A stretch of 64,000 nucleotides of DNA, taken from contig NW_005201102.1 in the NCBI RefSeq assembly GCF_000372725.1, positions 124,001 to 188,000 of the forward strand, given 5' to 3'. Below the pieces are notes generated by a model that was given only the letters and a program-made list of their open reading frames with translations, was not told the origin of the DNA and did no database searches. Positions 12,593-25,941 of this stretch are shown piece after piece; the stretch's first letter is position 1, and each line of letters starts with the position of its first letter. Both the position numbers and the translations under genes were made by a program. This stretch comes from Emiliania huxleyi CCMP1516. Taxonomy: Eukaryota.

Positions 12593-13312
12593 CTGGACAT
12601 CAACATATGCATGTGTGTGTGCAAGGTGCCCGCCGGTTGACGCGAAATCTCAGTAGCCCTGGGTGGCGCTCTGGAGAAGGCAAAGAAAGAAGAACGCCCC
12701 CTGCAACCCGCGCCGTCCCTGCTGCTCCTGCACTCCGGCCAAGCAAAAAAAGACTAGTCTGTGACCCCGTGGCTCCAACCGGGCCCTTCCTTTTTTGAGC
12801 AGGTGTGCCGCCGCGCGAGCGACGCTCCGAGATCGCCCGAGATAGCGTGGCACGGCGGCGGGGGCGGGGGGGGGGGCGTGGCGTGGAGCTCCGAGATAGC
12901 CCGAGATCGCCCGAGATTGCGCGGCGCCTCGCGGCGAGGTGGATGGATGGGTTGGGAGCGAGGGGGCAGCAGTGTTCAGTGCGGTAGATGGTAAGCTCGG
13001 GGCGCAAGAGGTGGCCTGTGAGCCATCCGGCTTACATTTACCCTGCGTTCTCGCACATGGAGTGCGAGGTATCTCGACTTTCAATCCCAAACTGTCACTC
13101 CCCTTTCTCCCGGCCGGGGTGGGGCGCGTGCGGGGGCGGCGGGTGTGCGGCGGGTGTGCGGGGGATGACGGATGTCTGTGGGCCCGAGAGCGATATGCCA
13201 TGTCCGCCTTGCGTTTGTTTCATAACATCGAAGGCTAAGCTCAAAAAAAGAATACACGGCGTCTTCGCGCTTTTAAATTCGGGGCCCACTCTCCCCACTA
13301 ACCTCTCTTACA

Positions 13313-15282
13313 TCAGGCACAACCACTGCGCCAGTCTCCCTTGAGGAACGCCAGCGACGTAAAGCACTGCTGCGTCCTGGCGCAGAAGCCTCGATCGCCG
13401 TCGGAGCACGTGTACTCGTTGCGACCAGCTACCTTTACCCGCGGCCGGGGTGTCACAGGTGTACCGGGGGTGGCCTTCCAGACGTTCTCCTCGAGCCGAC
13501 TGATGAGCTCGGACGGCAGCACGACGTCTACGCCGCTGCTCGCCTCGAGCGCAGTCGCGATGCTCAGCACATCTGCGTACGAGTGGCTCCATACGTGAAC
13601 CGGAATGATCGAGTAGCCATCCGGGGAGGAGCTCACACGCGGCATGGAGAGGAGCCGTGAGATCATTGGCTTGACGCCGAGCGTCGTCCCTTTGTCCCCA
13701 TCGCCCCACAAGCTCACGCGGCCAATGATCAGCACCTTGCCGTCTCCACCTCCCTCTCCACCTCGCCCTCCACCCCCTTTCTCTCCGCCACTGCCACTGC
13801 CAGCTCCCTTGCCGCGCCCCTTGCCCTCCTCACCACTGCCGTGCCCGCGCCACATGCGGCCCTCCAGCTGGCTGTAACCCCCACCCCACGGGTAGTACAA
13901 GGCAGCAGAGACGTTGTCCCCTCAGCTGTGAGGGAGGCAAATGGAGCGCGAGAGGGGGCAGGCCATGCCTGAGGGAAGATATACCCAACGCCAGAGGGCC
14001 CGGCGATGAGCTCGTCCATCGGGGTGCGCGTGCGATTGACCCAGGAGAGGGTGGCGGGGGAGAGGAAGGCGGTGGCTGGGCTGAAAGTCCACCCGAGAGG
14101 GGTTCGGCCGCGCTGCGTGCTCCCCCACCATGTGGTGTCTGTGGAGAAGGGGCCGAGCGTCCACTGCAAGTTATCCCCATCGGTCATGACGAATGCCACA
14201 GTGTGGCGAGGAGGCGATGGCGGAGGTGGAGGTGAAGGAGGCGGAGGCGGAGGCGGTGAAGGAGTTGGCAGCGATCGGGCCGAGGGGCCAGCGTTGCTGA
14301 GCGCCGCGAGGTTGATGCAATAGTCGGAGGCGTGCACGTAGACTGCATACGGGTTGTGGTGGAGGATACGAACTCGTTCTCTGCACCCCAGCCCAAGGCG
14401 ACGCCGAGTGGTGTGCGCGTGCTGATGTGGCCGCGCGACGCAAGAAGGGCTCGCTGCGCGTCTGGCTCGCTGTCGAAGGCAAGCGAGGCCGCACGCGTGA
14501 AGGTGGCGTAATCACCGAGGAACTGAGCTTTGGCAGGCGACTGGAAGACGAAGACGTCGCGCGAGAGGACCGCCAGCACTCCTGGTCGCTTGAGCACGTC
14601 GCCAACCGTCCACCTACGCGCGTCGACGTGCATGGGAATGCCGGCGGCCTCGAGCTGTGCTGCGAGAGCCTCACCAGCGGCCACGATGAGGCCGTCCTCA
14701 GCCGCCGCGAGCGTGAGCGCGGCCGAGACGGAGTCGGGACTCGCCCATGCCCACATGTGCTGCGCAGGTGGGCATGCGCGTCAGTGAGGCACAGCACCCG
14801 TGTATTACACATATGCACATTGCCCTCGGGATCACGTCACCTTAAAAGGCGGCCGCCTACGGCCAGCCGGAGCGCAGGCCCGCTCCGGCGCGAGCGAGCC
14901 GAGCTGCTCTGCAGACGATAGCGCCACGCACGTTGTCGAGCCCTCGGCGAGGATGAAACCCTTAACCTCGCTCGCGAAGCGGGTGACGACGGCTTGCACG
15001 CTGGCCATCATCATGCTCTCGTTTCACCGGCACGTCACGTCGCAGCTCGCGCAGCCATAGCGCGTACGAGTCTGATGTTCCCGTCGCCCAGTTGCTGTCA
15101 GCAACACGGTAGAGGCGAGGCGAGGCGCGGGCGATCAGTCCTGCCAAGCTGTCGAGGCAGAGCAGGTACGCCGGCGTCCGGCTCTCTGAGGAGAGGACAA
15201 AGAGCGAGATGGCGGGCTGCCCAGAGGATGGATACGCCGGCGCCACGAGCGCTGCTGCTGCAAACAGCGGTGCAGTCAACAT
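13313..15282 (-). pseudogene. GxGYxYP-family putative glycoside hydrolase/deacetylase-fold protein, apparently frameshifted
   Basis: Signal peptide MLTAPLFAAAALVAPA; VALGWGAENEFV; VHASDYCINL; HTVAFVMTDGDNLQW; PLGWTFSP; GPSGVGYIFP; DGYSIIPVHVWS. The frame changes near 15023, 14352 and 13920 with no credible introns there. Confidence 0.7.
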
Positions 15283-15464
15283 CGCGTCCTGTGGTGGTCG
15301 AGTGTGCAAATTAAGAAAACGGATCTTGCGCGGGCCGAACGGAAGGAGGCCAAAAACGATGAGGAGGAGTGAGTCGCAGGAGAGCCCCACCTGTCCCCCT
15401 GATCGTCCTTCCAAAATCCTGCTCGTGCAGGTGGGGACCCTGTCCTCCTCCCCCATCCCTCTAA

Positions 15465-15850
15465 AGAAAACGCACAACCCAAGGGAGGGATGGGAGGACG
15501 GCACGCCGCCACCACACAGGGATTTTAAGGAGAGGGGTGTGGTGCGCTAGCCGTCGCCCACCCTTGGGCGTCCGCCTCTTCCGATCTCTCTTCGCATTCT
15601 CTCTCCGATTCTCGCTGCAACCTTCGAGCCACCTCGCGGTCGCCCCCTTCTCGTCGTGCTCTCCCTTGTCGCTTCTTCTTCTGTCGCGTCGCTCTCCTCT
15701 GCCTCGTTCTGCGCCGCCGCCGCCGCCTGCCGTTCCCTTGTTCTCGCGGCTTCTTTCGCCTTTCGGCGCAGCTCCGCCCTCCTTTGCTGCATATCCTGGT
15801 CCCCCATCCCTCGTCTGGGTTAGGGTTTGTCTGCACTCTTTCTTTCTTTT
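15465..15850 (-). mobile_element. 3' end of a non-LTR retrotransposon ('family F')
   Basis: ORF tail ending ...PRVGDG*(TAG), like the LINE at 28562 (...VEDG*), then a 3' UTR. A second copy lies at ~19255-19390(-), with short tail fragments at ~33245-33280 and 34328-34368(+). Confidence 0.55.
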
Positions 15851-16271
15851 TTCGCGGGCGAGATCAGCGCCGAGATATTGACCTCACTGGCTGGGCCCTC
15901 TGACGACTGACGCACCTGAGCTCGAGCCGCGACTAAACCTCACCGAGACGGACACCACCGCGCTCGCTCTCACGACACATCACTCGTACGCATCACAACT
16001 CCTAAGGCACAGACACACAGAGGACGACAGACAGCGCCCCCGGAGAAGGTGGCCAGAGAAGGTGGCCTTCTTCTCGACCCACCCTTTGCGTGCTAGTTCT
16101 CTCGAACCGCTTGTACATCCCCACGCCGTGCTGTCGCCAGCTTGTGCGCTCGCTACAACTCGGTGACTAATATTACAATAATGGAGAGGGCTCCAGGGGG
16201 ATGTGAGACGTCGTCGTCGATCTCAACAAAGGTGTCTCACGCGAGACGTTCTTCTTCTTTGACCCCGTCAA

Positions 16272-18227
16272 CTACTCGTGCACGACCATCTCGACAGGCA
16301 CCGCCGTGCCCAGCGAGGCCTTCTTGCCCTTGCGCCGCTTGAAGATCATGGCGCCAATGGCAATGCCGATGACCAGCGCAAGCACGCACGCGACGACGAT
16401 GGCCGCGATGGTCCCGCCGTTAAGCCCGCCCTCGTCAACGTTGTTGTCGTCGTCGTCTGTCAGCTCTTTTCCTGCGTCCTCCTGTGTCCTTTCAGGCTCG
16501 GTCGGCGGCGGCGGCGACGCGATGACGACGACGCTCGAGACGACCGGCTCCTCCACCGCCGTCACGGTGACGCCGAGGGCCGTGGACGCCTCTTCCGGGC
16601 TGAGTGCCGCGAGTGTGATCTGAATCGTGTCGGCGATCGCAGTGCTAGCCGTGATCACCGTTGCCGTCACGGTGAACGCCGCGAGCGCGCGTGCACGGCG
16701 GACGCTCGAGATCTCAAGGGTGATTGAGTCGGGAGACACGCCGACGAGCTCGGCGAGATTGGCCGCGTACGCCGCGCTGTCAAAGGTGGTCATGTCGCCG
16801 TCGAGCGTGGTCGTGAAGACGACTGCGGGCGTGTACTCGCCGCCGGGCGGCAGCGGCGCAAGTGGCGGCGTCGGCGGCGGCGGTGGCAGCGGTGGTGGTG
16901 GCGACACGAGGACGATGTCGCTCTCGTCGCGCGGGTGGATCTCGAAGCTCGAGAACGCGTACTTGATCACGCCCGTCACGCTGGAGACGCTCTGTCCGGT
17001 GAGCGACGTGGCGCCGAGGATTGATTGCAGGTGCGCTTCCGTCCTCAGCATGCTGTCTTCGAGCTGCGTGGGCCCTGAGCCGTCGTCGATTGTGATCTCG
17101 CCATAGTTGTTGGCCTCGGAGAGGAGCTGCACGCCGCCCGAGACGGTGACGAGGAGGCCCTCGTGAGCCTCGCCGCTCTCGGTGCACCCCTCGCCGATCG
17201 CGCCGGTCGTCGTCGCGAGCGGCAAGGGCGTGTGGCCCGTCGAGAGGAGCTCAACGAGTGCCGCGGGCGTGTCGGCAACGAGTAACTCGGTCAGCGAGTA
17301 GTACTCGTTCACGAGCGCCTCCACGCCGACCTTGTCGCCCGCGGTGAGGTTGGTGAGGTAGGACGAGCCCGAACCCGTGTACACCCAGACGCCTGCGTAG
17401 AGCGCAGCGGCCACCTCGTCCTGCATGTAGAAGCCATCGTAAGACACGCCCGTTACGTAGCCCTCAACGCGCACAAACTCGCCCTCGCGTGCTGAGTGAT
17501 AGCACGCCCCATCCGAGCCGCTGTGGTTGGTGTTGATTGCGAACAGTGTGGTCGGCATCGCCACGGGCGGAGGCGTGGATGGCGGAGGCATGGATGGAGG
17601 CAGTGATGGCGGCAAGGGCGGCAAGGGCGATGCCACTCCCATCGCGTGCGAGCCGAGGAAGTTCCACGTGTCTTTTGGCTCGACTAGCCACTCGCAGTCG
17701 ACCTCATTCGTGCCCGCTGACGCCGTCCAGTCGCCGCCGTTACCGGTGGTGACAGTGGACTTGCGCACGAGAGTGTTGTCCTTCGTCGCCGCGCTCACAC
17801 CGCAGACGTCCCAACCGGAGCCTGGGTCGCCGTAGAAATCGCCGACGCAGTCGATGAACGTGTAATTCGACTCGGTGCCCTGCACGAGGCAGTAGCCATC
17901 GTTACCGTTTGAGAGGTAAGTGTGCTCCTCATCGCAAAGCGCCTTGATCGAGTCGTCCGCCGAGCCGTGGCAGATGACGTACACGCCGCCCGCCGGCACC
18001 GACGCGCCGCTGTCAAACGCGTTCCAAAACTCGTGCACTCCTTCGGTGGCGGGTGCGTTGGCGACGCTCGGGTACGCGTAGCCGTCGAGGGAGACCTGCA
18101 CATTGGTCGGATTGAAGATTTCGAGGAACTTGTTGTGCGAGGAGCCCTCGGCGTACTCGGAGAAGAAGAGGGTCTGTGCCATGTTGGGAGCAGAAGCGGC
18201 GACCACCAACAAGGCCTTGAGTGCCAT
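16272..18227 (-). CDS. Cell-surface protein: signal peptide - lamin-tail domain (LTD) - Pro linker - YhcR/ExeM-like OB folds - Pro linker - C-terminal TM
   Basis: LFFSEYAEGSSHNKFLEIFNPT...LSNGND...ATKDNTLVRK (LTD); GEFVRVEGYVTGVSYDGFYMQD...AGDKVGVEALVNEYYSLTEL and EAHEGLLVTV...NNYGEITIDDGSG...VTGVIKYAFSSFEIHPRDESDI (OB); TM IAAIVVACVLALVIGIAIGAMIF followed by KRRK. Intronless. Confidence 0.85.
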   Translation of the reverse strand: MALKALLVVAASAPNMAQTLFFSEYAEGSSHNKFLEIFNPTNVQVSLDGYAYPSVANAPATEGVHEFWNAFDSGASVPAGGVYVICHGSADDSIKALCDEEHTYLSNGNDGYCLVQGTESNYTFIDCVGDFYGDPGSGWDVCGVSAATKDNTLVRKSTVTTGNGGDWTASAGTNEVDCEWLVEPKDTWNFLGSHAMGVASPLPPLPPSLPPSMPPPSTPPPVAMPTTLFAINTNHSGSDGACYHSAREGEFVRVEGYVTGVSYDGFYMQDEVAAALYAGVWVYTGSGSSYLTNLTAGDKVGVEALVNEYYSLTELLVADTPAALVELLSTGHTPLPLATTTGAIGEGCTESGEAHEGLLVTVSGGVQLLSEANNYGEITIDDGSGPTQLEDSMLRTEAHLQSILGATSLTGQSVSSVTGVIKYAFSSFEIHPRDESDIVLVSPPPPLPPPPPTPPLAPLPPGGEYTPAVVFTTTLDGDMTTFDSAAYAANLAELVGVSPDSITLEISSVRRARALAAFTVTATVITASTAIADTIQITLAALSPEEASTALGVTVTAVEEPVVSSVVVIASPPPPTEPERTQEDAGKELTDDDDNNVDEGGLNGGTIAAIVVACVLALVIGIAIGAMIFKRRKGKKASLGTAVPVEMVVHE

Positions 18228-18619
18228 CGTCAAACCGGCCGAGGGGTACAACCAGCCAGGGGAACACCGTCGGCAAGCAAGCAAACGGTTTTTTTTCTTT
18301 CTTTTTAGCACACTGGCACATCGAGGGCGCGGACTGGCGCAGACTAGCACACACACCGGCACACCAGAAAAAGATAACCAGCGGCATCGGCGCTGCTGCG
18401 GACGCACGCCGGCACACACACTCTCTCTGCGAGCCGCGTCGTACAATCGCCCCTCCAGCTCGATAAACTCGAGGGGCCAAGATACGCTGGTCGCTGCGAG
18501 GAAGAAGAGCGGAGTTACGCCTCAGGCGAGAGGCCTAGATGCGGGTCGAGGCCCCTCGTCTTCCGGCTCCGCGCAGAGTAACGCTCGCTCGGCTGTGCCC
18601 CGCCGCACTGCTCCCCGTC

Positions 18620-18790
18620 CTACTGTGTGAATTCGCGGAGCGAGGAAAATTTTATATACGGAATACGTCCATTTTTGGAGCTTGGAATACGGCGTATTCC
18701 ATGGAATACGTGGAATACGGGTGGAATACGGCAGAATACAGGCCTCTGGGAGGTCATTTGGAATACGTGGAAAACGTATTCACACAGTAG
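18620..18790. mobile_element. ~170-bp MITE with TIRs and internal GGAATAC repeats
   Basis: ctactgtgtgaat (18620-18632) / attcacacagtag (18778-18790); flanking direct repeat tccccgtc at 18612-18619 and 18792-18799. Confidence 0.7.
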
Positions 18791-19534
18791 GTCCCCGTCT
18801 CACGCGAGGCGGAGGTTTGCAGTGCTCCAGTGCACGAGGACGCACTCGCGCCCTCCCCCCCCCCAGCCCCTCTCCGTGTATATAAATTGGTTTGTCGCTG
18901 TGTGGTCTTCCAGATCCACAGCCGCTCACATACGGTACACAACTACTTTGCGCTATACTAGGGAACACAACAGACTAGTGACTGTGCCCGTGTGTGCCCG
19001 GGTCGTGTGGGCTCACCGTGTGTCTCGAGCCACACAGGAGGTCAGGACACAGCCTTCGTGCTTCGTCACGAGCTTGGGGGGGGGGGGGGGGGGTTGAGGT
19101 GAGCTGGAAGAATCAAGAAAGAAAGAATTGTACGTCAAAACTTTGAACAAAACAAATGTGTGTGAGTGTAAAGTTGTTTGGTAATGTGCTAAAAATCTCT
19201 CTCAAAACACTCCCTCGCACGACAAAAAAGAAAGAAAACGGCGCCAGGGAGGGGTGTGGAAAAAGAAAAGAAACGCAAATGCAAGGGAGGGATGGGGGGA
19301 CGGCACGCCGCCACAGGGATTTTAAGGAGAGGAGTGTGGTGCAGGCTGCGCTAGCCCGTAGCCGTCGCCCACCCTTGGGCGTCTGCCTGAGGGGAGGACG
19401 CACGGCCCTGGGCCGGCGGTGAATACTCAGGACGGGGACGCCATCACCCTCCAGGGATCCACAATGCTGTCTTAAGGTCCGACAGGTCCGACAGGTTCGG
19501 TACCGGTAAACGTTCCTCTAAACAAAAAAAACAA

Positions 19535-20565
19535 ATGCTCGCAACGGCGGCTCTGTGGAGCGCTGCTGCTGTCCGATCGGCCGTGTCAGTCAGAAAGTCA
19601 AAATGCCTGAGGGAGTAACGCTGGGTCGCAGCTGTGAGCACAGCTGCGTGTTCTTTAGCGCGTACGTGGAGGGCGCATCGTACGACAAAGCGCTCGAGAT
19701 TGTCAACAAATGTGAGGGCGACGTCCGCCTGGGCGACGATTACGAGCTCGTGTCGTGCTGGAACGGCTGCGACACCGAAGGGAAGCCGGCGTACCACACC
19801 GTCACGCTGCTGGACGAGGCCGCGGTGCTGCCGAGCGGCGCACGGTGGCGCATCGCCGATCCGCGGGCGCGGCTGCCCTCAAACTACCCAGCCAACCAGA
19901 CGTGGGGGCACCTCTCGAACGGCAACGACGTGCACGGCCTGATGCACAAGTCCTCGCACATCATCGTGGACGCCGTCGGCGACTTCGGCCCCGACCCTGG
20001 CAGCGGCGGCTGGCCGGTCGCCGGCGTCCCGCACGCCACCAAGGATCACACGCTCGAGCGAAAGGACAGCATCGCGCAGGGCAACTGCGGCGACTGGGCG
20101 AGGTCGGCCGGCTCCTCCGCCGCCGATTCGGAGTGGGTCGTGCACCCCAAGGGCTCGTGGCCGAGCGGCGAGTCGGGCGACCCCCCCTCCGAAGGGCAGA
20201 GTAGGCCAGGTGGCTGCGCCGCGTCTGTGACCGACTGCTGCGACTGCCGCGGCGGCAGCGCGGCGAGCGAGGCGACCGACCGGCGCGCTGACCCGCAGAG
20301 GCTGGTGATCGGCACGTGGAACGCTGAATGGCTGTACGACGGAGAGTGCGACCCGAGCATGTCGCCGTGGGCGGCGGGCTCGAGCGACTGCGCCGGCCTC
20401 CAGTCCGGCCTGAACAAGTGCGACGCTGCCGGCGCCGCGGCCCACCTCGAGAGGGTGGCGCGCCATATGCGAAGCTTCGACGCAGACGTGCTACACGTTA
20501 CCGAGGTCGAGAGCTGCGACGTGCTCGCCGCGTGCGCCGCCATCCTCAACGCCAACGCCTCGCAA

Positions 20566-20633
<68 letters not shown>

Positions 20634-22015
20634 GTACGAGCGCCACATGGTCCCTGGCACCGACAGCTACCTCCGGCAGCAGGAGGGGAGATATTGGGAG
20701 ATATTGGGGAGATATGGAGAGATATGGGATAAGCTCCCTCCGGCAGCAGGTGGGGCTGCTCTCGCGCCTCTCTCCCGTGGCGCCCCTCGAGCGATCGACC
20801 GAGCGGCGCGCCTTCCCCATCGACGGCAACTCGAGCTGCGGCGACGCAGCGCGCGGCTCGACCGACCTCTCCAAGCACTATAGATAGATAGATGGGAAGG
20901 CGAAACACAGTCCGACCAACGACTGGGACACCAACGCGTTATGGGTGGACGCAAGACGGGCGGTGACGGCCACACAGGAGCGACACACAGAACCACAAGA
21001 CAAGACACTGCCTCGCGCGGCAGCCGCTGTATTATGTCAACAGCGCCTCTTCACACCTCTCACCACCGTGAACAGGCACTACCTCGCGCGGCTGCGCATC
21101 GACTTCCCCACGAGCGGCGGCGGGCGTCGCGTGCCGGCGACGCTGGCTGTGCTCGGGCTGCATCTCAAGGCGATCCCGACGCAGGCGCGGTCGTGCCACA
21201 AGCGCGAGGCTCAGGCGAGGATCGCGCAGCGGCTCCTCGTCGCCGCGCTCGGTGAGACGCCGTACGTCGTCGTCCTCGGCGATCTCAACGACTTTGACGC
21301 CGACCCGTGCTGCCTTGACGCGCCCGGCTCGCGGCCCACGTCGCGCGTGCTGCGCATGCTCAAGGACCCGCGCGCCACCGGAGCCGACGAGCTGCACTCG
21401 GTCGCCTCGCGGCTTCCGCGAGGGGAGCGGTACACGGACTGGTGGGACCACGCGCCCAAGGACGGTGTCGACGAGGGCGGGTCCGAGCACTCGTCACTCG
21501 ATCACCTCCTCGTCTCCGGGCCGCTCTTCGACCAGCTCTCGGCGGTCACCATCGACCACAGCACGCCGCCGATGGACTACTCGGACCACTGGCCACTCAT
21601 CGCCACCTTCCACCTCCAGCCGTTGGCGCAAGCGACGGCCCCGCCGCCTTCCGTGCTGCAGCAGACAGCCCCGGCGCTTCCGTCATCGCCGCCGTCTTCG
21701 CCGCCGCCGCCCTCGGCGCCGCCTACCGTCGACGCCGGGAGCGTGCGGCTGCCGCTCGGTGCCGCCGCTGCGGTGATTGCGCTGGCGCTCGTGGGCGCGC
21801 TCGTGCTCGCGCGCTCCGCGCTGCGCTGCGCGGACCGCGTGTTCCGCCCTGCCGCGCATCGAAGGACGCGCTACGGCAAGCACGGAGACAGCGGACGGAG
21901 CGGAGTAGGCCTGGAGTTCGCCGTCAACAGCAAGAACGCCGGCGGGCCGACCGGAGCGCCTCTCGACACAGGAGCCGTCGTCGACGCTGGCGGCGGGCGG
22001 GCGATTGTGACATGA
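19535..22015 (+). CDS. Cell-surface LTD + endonuclease/exonuclease/phosphatase (EEP) domain protein with C-terminal TM
   Basis: Signal-like MLATAALWSAAA; LTD VFFSAYVEGASYDKALEIVN...LSNGND...ATKDHTLERK; EEP motifs IGTWNAEWL, DVLHVTEVE, LGLHLKA, VVLGDLND, SLDHLLVS, YSDHWPL; TM AAAAVIALALVGALVLA. Introns at 20683-20749 and 20875-21075, plus one near the 5' end. Confidence 0.85.
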
Positions 22016-23156
22016 CGCAGAGCCAGAGGTGCCAGGTGGCACACGTGTCCCTATCCACCTGCTAGTAGAGGCGCGCAGTATTTCTTTTTATGGTGTACCT
22101 GTGTTAGTGGATAGTGCCAGAACGGGTTGATATATACTCTGACCTGGCCTGTACTCCGTGCTCGCATAGTGTGGGTAAACCATAAAGGGAGTTGCGAATG
22201 CGCCCTCGTAAGGCTTGGTGAGTGGTTGGGGTGGCCTCAGGCACGGTGGAGAGAAGCGCCGCCCCCGGGCACGCACCCCGACCTGGTGCGCTGCTCTTTG
22301 GCCAACTACCCCAGGCGGCTGCAAGCTGACCTAAGTCGCACCTCCCGCGCCGCGGTTCCAGCCCAGCGGGGCGGCGGCGCAGCATCACGGCGCCGGCCAT
22401 ATCGGCCGCCGGGAGACACGGCCGCCGCCGCTGTCGCCGCGGTTTTACGTGGTGCCCAGCCCGCCCGGCGCGCTCAGCGTCTCTGAGCTCTCCCCCTGCC
22501 CGCCCTCGCCGCCCTCGCCGCCAAAAATGTCACAGGCTCTTTCGATCCGCTTCACACAGCCAGATCGGGCGTGGCGTGTTTAACAAAGATGAAACAAAGC
22601 AGACTGAGGCCGATAGGACATAGTTTTTAGCCAGGCCTACGCGAACGATCCAATCCGCAATGAAGATTTGTATCAGGTTGTTTTCTTCCGCGCGCTCAGC
22701 ACCTGGCTGTTCTTCACCTTCCTATCAATCAATCAGCACCTCGATGAGGTCACATGGACCACCAAGAACTGGCACGGGCTGCAGATGCAGCGCTTGTCTG
22801 TCGTTCTCCGCGGCGCCGCCGTGGCGTGGCAGACGGGAGACGGTGAACGAGAAAGAGAGGCCTCTCTCTCTGAACGAGCTAGCGTGCGGCGTGCGGGGAG
22901 AGCGGCATTGTGCACGGCGCTAAGTGCATTGCCGTGCTTACCGGAGTCGCTTAGGCGGCTCCGGTGGTTTGCCTGAGTGATAGTGCTAGCACGCGCCAGT
23001 CGCAGTCCGCACCTGTGTGGCGAGCAGCCCGTCTGCTGTGAGAGAGAGAGTTGTTTTGTTTAAATTCTTCCGCGCGGTAGCAGCGGAGTTGCCTCTCGGA
23101 GGTGAGGGCATCCTCTTTTCTTCGCACACGTATGTCGCAGGACTCGCGCTCCCCCC

Positions 23157-25579
<2,423 letters not shown>

Positions 25580-25941
25580 CTTTGTATCCTCGGCAGCTTT
25601 CGGTTGCTTGTATCGGGCGCCGGGTGGGTGCCTGTCCCAGCTGCTCGGTGTGAACAGAGTTCTAGCTAAACCCTCGAGAGTTCCGCGGAGTCGGCTGGGG
25701 CTATACCAGACAGGGTCCGTGCCTTTCTTTTCTGGCTCCCGCGGCCACCCCGGCCGGGAGAGGGGAGTCTTTTCTAGGCAGGGCGGCGCGTGAGTGGCTT
25801 GCGTGCGAATGCCATCATGCTCGGGCGGGGCAGGAGAGGTCGGGTCAGACATAGGAACGCTGAGCCGCTTCCGAGAGAAGAATTTAAATTCCGAGAGAAG
25901 AAAATTCTGATACATGTATTGCAAGATAGACAAATGTCTTG

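Noticed and set aside
15813..15828. Telomere-like gggttagggttt
   Set aside because: A single short occurrence inside a retroposon remnant.
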